From: an uncultured Candidatus Poseidoniales archaeon
GTDB lineage: Archaea > Thermoplasmatota > Poseidoniia > Poseidoniales > Thalassarchaeaceae
Direction: 5' to 3'
Length of the DNA: 64,000 nt
Assembly (NCBI GenBank): GCA_902573115.1
Contig: CACGIM010000001.1
Span: forward strand, 46,396 to 110,395
Both the position numbers and the translations under genes were made by a program. Every line of letters starts with the position of its first letter. The stretch's first letter is position 1. The notes beneath the pieces were generated by a model. That model ran no database searches. It was not told where the DNA came from and worked only from the letters and a program-made list of their open reading frames with translations. Below, piece by piece: positions 1 to 9,500 of the stretch.

Positions 1-99
1 CTGACTTCTCGACGTCTGACATGTTCCTCGGTTCTAGCGCCCGAGAACGACGCTTATACTTCACGTGGTTCTAGAAACCAATAGCAGTGAAACTTGGGG

Positions 100-486
100 C
101 TAGTGGTCTCTGCTGATCTTGTACCTGCCCATCGCTTCCATCCACTGGATCTCCCCCCCGGATTCAAGGTTCATGCTCTCGTCCACCGGGAGTATTAGGG
201 TCTGGTAGGTCTTGTTGTCCATGGCATGCACCTCGCTACCTTGGATGTGAGTGATGATAGCCGAGCCCTTCTCAATCAATGGGATGTTTATGGTGTCCGT
301 CACCGTACCGACATGGGATCGCTTTTGTCCCGTAAATATGTCCTCTAGCTCGATCCTTGCCTTGGCCGATCCGTGCTTTCCGGGCTTGGACTTGGACATG
401 CTGAGAATCTTGAATGCGTCTTCCTCAATCGCTACGTACCTTCCGATCTTGAGGGTCCTGATTTCCGCTCGTGTTGTCCCTGGCAT
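100..486 (-). CDS. eif5a: Translation initiation factor 5A (aIF5A)
   Basis: 128-aa ORF with the hypusine-site loop SKSKPGKHGSAKARI. Length and N-/C-terminal halves are typical of aIF5A. TAG stop at 100-102. Confidence 0.93.
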   Translation of the reverse strand: MPGTTRAEIRTLKIGRYVAIEEDAFKILSMSKSKPGKHGSAKARIELEDIFTGQKRSHVGTVTDTINIPLIEKGSAIITHIQGSEVHAMDNKTYQTLILPVDESMNLESGGEIQWMEAMGRYKISRDH

Positions 487-528
487 GGTACCATGTCTCC
501 TAGGGGACTTATCAGCATTGGGTTGTGG

Positions 529-564
529 CCCCGAGCCGGATGCCGGGAGGCCCCCGGCCCGGGG
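529..564 (-). terminator. GC-rich hairpin between the giant-protein gene stop and the aIF5A start (possible terminator or RNA-stability element)
   Basis: ccccgagccgg (529-539) pairs with ccggcccgggg (554-564): an 11-bp stem with one mismatch and a 14-nt loop. It lies 25 nt downstream of the TGA at 589-591. No oligo-T follows on the minus strand, so the function is uncertain. Confidence 0.3.
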
Positions 565-588
565 TTACGTTGTTTTCCGAGCTAGTGC

Positions 589-3500
589 TCAGTCTTCCTC
601 GCGTCGGCCGATTGCGGCAGCGCCAAGCAGCGAGATCGCTGCTAGAACAGACGCGAATCCTGGCGTGAACGATGGGTCTTCCTGGCTTCCCTCAGCGGCG
701 CTCCTGTCGCCTGTGGGGTCGGAGTCAACCGCATCGCAAAGACCGTCGTTGTCGTAGTCGGAAGGCGTGGACAGGATATTCTTCGAGTCTGTACCACAGT
801 CGTACTCGTCTGCGTCGGAGAACCCGTCGCCATCGTCGTCTGTGTCGCCGTTCGGCTCGCCGTTCTCGTGTTCGTCGCCCATGCCATCACCATCGGTGTC
901 CATCCACTGAAGGTGATCCAGAGGTGCCCAGTCGTCTACGTCTGCTACGCCGTCATTGTCGTCGTCGCTGTCTGCGTTGTCGCCAATTCCGTCACCATCG
1001 GTGTCGACGGACTCCAGCTCGTTGAGCGGGAAGGCGTCATCTGAGTTGAGGACGCCGTCCTCGTCCCTGTCTGGGTCCGCGATGTCACCGATGCCGTCGT
1101 TGTCGTAGTCCCTCGCCTCGTCTGCATCGTACGGGAACTCGTCCAGTCCATCGGGCACGTCGTCACCGTCGTCATCTGGGTCGGCGTTGTCGCCGATCCC
1201 GTCGCCGTCGAAGTCAGCGGACTCGGTGCCATCCAACGGGAACGCGTCGAGGGAGTCCTCGATGCCGTCTCCGTCATCGTCGGTGTCGGCGTTGTCGCCT
1301 GTTCCGTCGCCATCCGTGTCGTACTGCTCGCTCGCGTCGAGGGGCGCCCAGTCTTGAACGTCAGGGACACCGTCGTTGTCGTCGTCGGAATCCGCCACGT
1401 CATCCACGCCGTCGCCGTCGTTGTCCGCGGAGGCGCCTGCGTCGCTGTCGAAGGCGTCCTCGTCGTTCGGTGTGCCGTCGCCGTCTATGTCGTCGTCGGA
1501 GTTGTCACCGACTCCGTCTCCATCGAGGTCCGAGCTCTCGCTTGGGTCCAGCGGGAAGGAGTCCAGTAGGTCAGTGACCCCGTCGTTGTCATCGTCGTTG
1601 TCGGCATTGTCACCCAATCCGTCCATGTCCGTGTCGGTAGTCTCCTCTTCGTCGTATGCGAACTGGTCCCAGGCTGTGGTGTCCGGTGACCATCCTGGGC
1701 TCTCGAATGCGAAGCCATCTGTGGTGTCGGTCACGGCCTGCCAGTACTCCTCGAAGGAGAATGACGAGCTGTTGTCAGCGTCCCATGCGGACCAGAAAGT
1801 CCAGAACTGCTCCTCGAAGGCCATGAAGTCCTCGGGGGCCGGCCAGACCTCTGGCTCCTCCTCGTCGGTTCCGTCGCCGTCGCCGTCGCCATCCCCGTCT
1901 CCGTCGTCGGGACCGAATGACATTGCTATGCAGTCTGGTACGCCATCCATGTCGTCATCCGCGTTTGATGCGGGGCCTAGGAGTATGTAGTCCGCCCATC
2001 CGTAGGCCGATCCATTCCATGTAGCCGCGTCATATCCGTTCACGTTTATCCAGATGCCGACTGCGCAGGTGTCGTCTGTCACTTCTACCTCGAACCCTGT
2101 GCTGAAGGTGGATTCTGTAGCGTTGAACTCATCCCAGTAAGAGGAGTAGTCATCACCATCCATAGTTATTGCTTCGGCATCGATGTAGTAGCTGTATGTC
2201 CAGTTAACCACCAAGTCGGAGAACCATGCTTCGAAGGACCAATTGCCTGACATGTTCAGGGTGTAGCCAACGTTTGATAGCATGTGGTCTAGCTCTTGTT
2301 CGACTGTCCAGTTCATTGCCTCTTCCCAATCTGGCTCTTGAGCTTCAGAGACCTGAGTCCAGCCCATGTCATCGACATAAAGCTCGATCGGGATGTCTGT
2401 GCCCATGTCTGTGCCGGAAGAGTCGTTCTCTCCCTCGTGGCTCATCGTGCCTACTCCGTCATCGGTGCCATCAGTGTCCTCTTCACCGTATTCGTCTTCG
2501 TAGAACCACGACTCATCCTCGCCGTCAGGGCAGTCATCCATTCCGTCGTTGACCTGGTAGACCCAGATTGTGGTGCCGTCGCTGCAGTCGAACCAGTTGA
2601 TCGGGTTGCCGTCAGCGTCATACTGCTGCTCGTCTGCCCCGTCGGCGCAGTCCGAGATGTTGTCGTTGACCCACTCGAATGGGATCTCGGATCCGTCACC
2701 ACAGAAGAAGGAGTGCTCGAACCAGTCGTCGTCATCGTCGATCGGAGCCTCCTGCCACTGGAATGCCCATGCGTGCATTGCCTCGTGGTAGGTGATGTCG
2801 CCATCGCCGTTGGCGTCAACGGCGTGGAATCCGTCTGCTATGCAGTCGATGAAGCTGGCGTTGTCACCCCAAGCGAGGTAGTATTCGCAGTTGTTAACGG
2901 GGTTGATCGCTCCGTCGTCGTCGAGGTCGTTGTCTAGGTCGTCGCACAACATGTCACCATCGAAGTCTACAGGGATCTCGCCATAGTCCAGGTGGTTGGT
3001 GCCGCAGAGCATCTCGTCATCATCGCTCCATCCGTCGCCGTCGTCGTCCCAGTCCTCGTACCAATTCGTGGAGTCGCAGTCCACGATGAAGTCGGGGTCG
3101 CCGCTGCCGCTCATGTCGAAGGTTCCGGAAAGCACCCAGTCGGGGGCTCCGTCTCCATCGGTGTCAGCGCTGACGCAGGGGTCTAGCGGGTCGAGGTCGT
3201 ACTCGTCCATCACGCCATCGTTGTCGTCGTCCAGATCGCTCTGGTTGACCACTTGCGATACTGGCAGTTGGATGTCGTCTACCCAGGCGATGTCGTCGAA
3301 GGAGCTGATTATCGAGTCCTTGTAGTACTGCCACAGGAAGGTGTGCTGACCTGAGCTGACCGTGTGGCTGAATGTGCCGAAGGTCTGTCCTGACCAGCTG
3401 TTCACCAGGCTGCCATCCACGTAGAACCTGAGGAAGTCCCAGTTTGTCTCCGAGGATGTCTCGTAAGCGAATGTGACATCGCCTGCGAGCGTCTCGCCGG

Positions 3501-6500
3501 TCCACTCTAGCGTGGTCGTAGCTCCTCCTGACTGGTCGGGTATGTCCCCTCCCTCGGCCATGAATGAGCCGTTGATCGGTCCGCCTTGCGGGTTGCCACA
3601 GCTCACTGAGTCGCAGACGAACCACTCGGCGTCACCGTACGTGATGAAGCCGAACGGAAGCGCTCCGCCCTCGAATGATCCGTCGAACGGAGGGTCGCCC
3701 GTGTAGTCCGGGTCTCCGTCGCCGTCGTTGTCCAACCATGCCTCTCCGTCCATCGGGAACGGGTCCTCGTCGTCCATCACGTTGTCACCATCGTCGTCTG
3801 GGTCAGCCGTGTCACCGATTCCGTCGCCATCCGTGTCAACGCAGTCGGATGCGTCGTTCGGGAGGTCATCCTGATCGTCGTCACAGCCGTCGTTGTCGTC
3901 GTCACTGTCTGCATTGTCGCCGATTCCGTCGCCGTCTGAGTCAGTTGTCTCGTCTGGGTCCAGAGGCATGTCGTCGTTGTAGTCGTACACGCCGTCGTTG
4001 TCGTCGTCGAGGTCCGCGTTGTCGCAGAATCCGTCTCCGTCAGAGTCCGTGTTCTCACCGGCGTCAGTCGGGCAGTCGTCATCTACGTCTTCGATTCCAT
4101 CAGCGTCGTCATCCATGTCCTCGGTGTTGCAGTGGTCGGTGCTGTCCTCGCACTCGCCCTCGCCCTGAATCATGTACGGGAAGACGATGTTATCGATTGC
4201 CACCATGTCCCCGCCACCAGCAGTATCTGCATCCTTGGTGAAGGTCCAGGAGAACGTGTGCTCCCCTGCAGGTATGTGTGCCTCGAAGGTCCCAGTGTGA
4301 GGGGAGTACCAGTTTGATACGCCCTCGTCAGAACCATCGCCACAGTCATCGTACCCGTCGTTCACCCAGTTGCCTGGTATGGATCCGTCGTTTAGCGATC
4401 CTGACTCCCAGTCCTCGCTGGAGTACCCAGCTACAGTGCAAACGAACTCCCAGTGGTAGTCCTCGCCGCTCGCGGACATGTATTCCATGCCATTGATGCT
4501 GAAAGCGAATGTATCGTACCTCTCCTCAGTTGTGACATAGTAGTCGTAGGCGAAGTGTCCTGCCTCCGTCACCATTGTGATCGACAGGGTCTGAGACTCT
4601 CCGTCTGTGATGAAGTCCCCGAGAGCCTGTCCCCATGAAGGTGAGACTCTCCAGTTTGCATCGCCTGTTCTGACCCAGCCAGTGTTGTTAGCGTGATCGT
4701 CAGCAGTCCAATCCAGTCCGGTGAAGTTCCCAATCGACCAGTCCTCGTGGATCGCTCCGTTATCCCATCCGATGTCGTCTGGCATGCCGTCGCCGTCTGT
4801 GTCAGTGTCGGCGTATCCGTGCCTCGGGAAGTCATCGTTCCAGTCGTTGACGCCGTCGCCGTCGTCGTCGGAATCTGCGTTGGACCCGACGCCGTCGTTA
4901 TCCAGGTCGTCGTGCTCCTCAGCGTCCGTTGGGAACGCGTCATCGTCATCCACGTAGCCGTCGTCGTCATCGTCGTCGTCGACTGTGCCCGCGTGGTATC
5001 CGGACACATCTAGGCTCACGGTTGCCCCCCATCCGTTGCTCAGCATCACCTCTCCGGCTACGGGCTGTACCTCGGTGCCCTGGTGGGCGAATGAGTAAGA
5101 GTCCGTGGCGAAGTCTGCGGAGTTTCCGTATGATAGAGCTGTTCCGTTGGGGAGGGTGATTACCATCGTCCCCTCTGTGCCCCAGGTGTCGGTCGACGTG
5201 AAGTCGACGTCTAGTACGGAGTCAGCGTAGCCGGTTGCCGTGAAGGTGCAGCTGTCGCTGGCTATTCCTCCGGGGTCGGTCGTCAGCGAGCAGACCTCGG
5301 ATCCGTCGAACCATGCCATTGCCTCTTGGCCGCCGTCTGCGTAAACGTCTGATATCTCGATAGTGTATGTCCCCTCTATCGGCAGTAGCACGTCACCACT
5401 CGTGGAGTAGGTGAACGTGGTGTCCGCCGACCAGGTCTCCACTGCTGTGCTTCCATCGTCGAAGGTCACAGTCAGTTGCCCCTCGTATGCCCAGCTGTCA
5501 GTGTCCACCGCTATCGATATCTCTTCGTCTGAGTATGCTGTGAGGTCAAACTCGCAGCTGGCTGTTGAGCTGTATGCGTACTGGCCTATGCTGCAGAGCG
5601 TGTCGCTGCCTAGGCTGACCGTGATTCCGTGTCCGCCGTCTCCGAAGGAGTCGTCTATGGTCACGTTGTAGGTTCCTTGAAGCAGGTCCGGTGTTGATGG
5701 CATCATGTACTCTCCCATCTCCTCCACGGAGTCCTCGAAGGTCACCATCGAGATGACGTCCCAGTTGTTGTCGTGGTACCCTATGTTGTCTATTCCGAAC
5801 GTCTCTGGACCGGAGTCGGTGCTCGCCTCAAGCATGAGGTATCCGTCCTCAGATGGGACCTCAGCTATCCACTGGCCCCAGAATCCCTCGCAACCGCAGT
5901 TGTCGATGTCTCCCCAGCTTTCGCGGGAGTCGCCTAGCGTTGTTGTGACGCCGTCGTCTCCGACCCAGTAGGAGGCGTAGTAGTCGCCCTCTTCCCAGTC
6001 TGTGCTGGCGATCGCTAGCATAGCGCTCACGGCCGATACTCCGGTTCCGTGGTCTAGGTACATCCTGAAGACACCATCAGTGTCGGATGTCGCGAACCAT
6101 TGGTCGCCCTCGAAGGCGCCGCCGAACAGTGTGCTGTCGTCGGTTATTCCGACTAGGCTTCCGGCGGTCAATCCAGCTCCGGCGTTGTCGCCCTCGTCGG
6201 CGTTGATCGTGGTGTAGAAGCCCAGGCTTGAGCAGTCGTCGTAGTCGTCGGTCAGACCGTCGCCGTCGGTGTCCAGATTGGAGCACCTGTCCGTCGGGTT
6301 GACGTCGTCCTCGTCGGCCGTGCCGTCGCCGTCGGCGTCATCGTCCTCGTTGTCACCGACACCGTCGTTGTCTGTGTCATATGACTCAGAGGCGTCGTAA
6401 GGCGCCCAGTCGTCAGAGTCGTCTACTCCGTCATCGTCGTCGTCGGTGTCCACGCTGTCGCATGTGCCGTCGCCGTCGAAGTCTGAGACGTCGCCCGCTG

Positions 6501-9500
6501 TCATTGAGTCCGTTCCGCAAGCAGCTTCGTGTGAGTCGCTGTAGCCGTCGTCGTCGTCGTCATCGTCTAGGTAGTCGCAGAGTCCGTCGCCGTCGTTGTC
6601 ATCGGGTGTCGATAGGGAGTCGGTAGAGTCCCCTAGTCCGCCCACGCAGTTCGTGTCCTCGTCTGCATCGCTGTAGCCATCGTCATCGTCATCTGAGTCC
6701 ATCAGAAGTCCGCCGGTTGTGGAAACGTCGTCGAAGACTCCGAATTCGTAGTCCCCGAAGTAGGCGTCGTAGTACCAGCTGTATGCGGCCGTCACGTTGA
6801 GCAGCTCATTTGTCCCGTCAGACAGGATCACTGTCCCGCCACCAGTGTAGGTGCTGTACGAGACCGCAGATGCAATCAGGTCTATTCCCACGCTAGAGGT
6901 GAAGGAGCAGCTGTCGCTGCCTCCCTCTGTGTCCAGGGTGCATAGCTCGGATCCCCCTGACTGTTCGTGAGCGTGCACGATCATCGATCCTGCGCTGTAC
7001 GTTGATAGCGTGTAAGTGGTTGTGACCGTTGAGTCCCAGCCCACTACAGAGTCCGGAAGTCCGTCCCCATCAGTGTCTGCTGAGGCGTTGGCGTCGGTGT
7101 CGAACGCGTCGGTATCGTCGCCGACTCCATCGCCATCGCAGTCCGAGTCGAACTCGCAGCCTGCTTCCTCGTCGGTGTCCTCTACGCCGTCGTTGTCGTC
7201 GTCTGAGTCAGACACGTCGCAGGTACCGTCGCCGTCGTTGTCGAGTATTCCGGTATTGTCTAATGGGCACTCGTCTCCTTGGTCGTCGGTTCCGTCTCCG
7301 TCGTCATCGGCGTCTGAGTTGTCCCCCACGCCATCGCCATCGGTATCTGTAGTCTCGGATGGGTCAAGTGGGAACGCGTCATCTGTATCGTTGACAAGGT
7401 CGCCATCGTCATCGGGATCGGAGTCGCCGTCGCAGAGGCCGTCGTTGTCGGTGTCGATGTACCCGCTTGCATCAGCCTCGCACTGGTCCCATGGGTTTGG
7501 TATGCTGTCACCGTCTATGTCGTTGTCCAGTGCGTCGCATGTTCCGTCGGAATCCATGTCCGCAGGTATCAGAGACCCGTTTGTTGAATTGCTTGTCGAG
7601 GCGTAGCTGCCGACGTTGCAATTGGTGGTCTCGTCAGCGTCTGAGTATCCGTCTCCGTCGTCATCGGTGTCGACGGAGTCGCATATTCCATCTCCGTCTG
7701 TGTCGATCGGCGTGCTAGTGTCGTCAGAAGCGTCTGTGCCACAGTCCGTCTCGTCAGCGTCATCCCAGCCGTCGCCGTCCACGTCGTCGTCGAGCGCGTT
7801 GCAGATCCCGTCGGCGTCTGTGTCGGTTGGGGTGCTTGTTGAGTCGGTTGCGTCTGTGCCACAGTTCGTCTCGTCAGCGTCATCCCAGCCGTCGCCGTCA
7901 TTGTCATCGTCGAGCGCGTCGCAGATCCCGTCGGAATCCGAATCGGTAGGCGCGGATGTGCTATCGTTTGCGTCGTTCGACTCACCACAGTTGGTGATCT
8001 CGTCGACGTTTGAGAAACCGTCGCCGTCGTTGTCGGTGTCCTGAATCTCGTCGCAGAGACCGTCACCATCCAAGTCTGCTGGCTCGTCTGAGGAGTCAAG
8101 TGGGTCTGTGCCACAGGTAGCTTCCTCGGCGTCTGTCCAGTCTGGTGCCACGCCGGGCGTGATCGTTGCCTCGACGTCCACAGTGTAGAATCCTGGGTCT
8201 GCTCCTGAGGAGAACGTGTAGGTTCCGGCCTCTGTGTATGGCCCGTAGGTCCCCTCGATTGGGGAGGCCGAGCTGTAGGCGCTGTGGGAGAACAGAGTGC
8301 TACTTGGCCCAGTCAGTGTCGAAGCCACGTACAAGGTCGAGTAGTAGACCTGGAATGCGAACACCATGGAGTCTCCCTCCGATATGGTGAACGTGCATGT
8401 GTACGAGGTCCCGGGTACGTAGGAGTAGCCGGTGTCAGTCGATGAGTCGCACTCGGTGATGTCCGCAGGTGCGGATCCAGCGGCGAAGTCGTCGTCTTCG
8501 TCCTCGGTCAGAGTGGATGTGCAGCCAGTCACTAGCGTGTCTGGGAGACCATCTCCGTCTGTGTCTGTGTCCGCACAGGCATCCTCTGGGAAGGCGTCTA
8601 CGGCTCCATCACCCTGATCGGTGTTGTTGGTCCCGTCGCCGTCCTCGTCGAGGTCCAGGTCGTCGCAGATCCCGTCACTGTCCATGTCAGCAGGCGTGCT
8701 GGTTGAGTCCTGCGGGTCGCTTAGACCGCTAACGCAGTTCGTTGTCTCGTTGACGTTCTCGAAACCATCGCCATCCATGTCATTGTCGGATTCGTCGGCT
8801 ATTCCGTCGTTGTCGTCATCGTAGTCTGCGTTGTCGCCCCATCCGTCGCCGTCGTTGTCGGCGCTCTCTGCCGGGCTGATCGGGTCCCAGTCATCGACGT
8901 CGAGGACGCCGTCACCGGGGTAGTAGTCGTAGTCTTGGACTCCGTCGTTGTCCGCGTCGACCCAAGAGCCGAACCCTGTGAAGGTGCCACAGGTGGCAGT
9001 CGATCCATCGGTCAGGGTAGTACCGTCTGCGGCTGGACAGGTGTCGTCGTCGGTGTCGGCGTTGTCGCCGGTTCCGTCGCCGTCGTTGTCTGCCCACTCG
9101 TCATCGTCGTCGGGGAAGGCGTCGTCCGTGTTCAGGTAGCCGTCACCGTCACGGTCGTTGTCGCCGTTGTCCCCGATTCCGTCTCCATCCATGTCCGTTT
9201 GCTCGGAGGGGTCAGCAGGGTGGGTGTCGGTCCCGTCCAGAACGCCATCGCCGTCACAGTCTGTCGTGTTGGCGCAGTTGATTCCATCTGCGGTTCCGTC
9301 ATTGTTCAGGTCGAGAGATGATCCATCGGCCTCATCTGAGTCTAGGACACCATCGTTGTCGTCGTCGTCGTCCACCGCGTCGCAGAGGTCGTCGTCGTCG
9401 TTGTCGTAAAGAGGGACGCTGGATGCGTTCAGCGGGTCCGAGGTAGTCTCGCAGTTCGTGGTCTCGTCGACGTCTGGGTAGCCGTCGTTGTCGTCGTCCG

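Noticed and set aside
1-22. Possible start of a minus-strand gene (ATG TCA GAC GTC GAG AAG ...) running off the left edge
   Set aside because: Only 7 codons are visible, which is too little to support a call.
251-757. 168-aa plus-strand ORF overlapping aIF5A and the giant-gene 3' end
   Set aside because: It is antisense to two well-supported genes and has no recognisable motifs.
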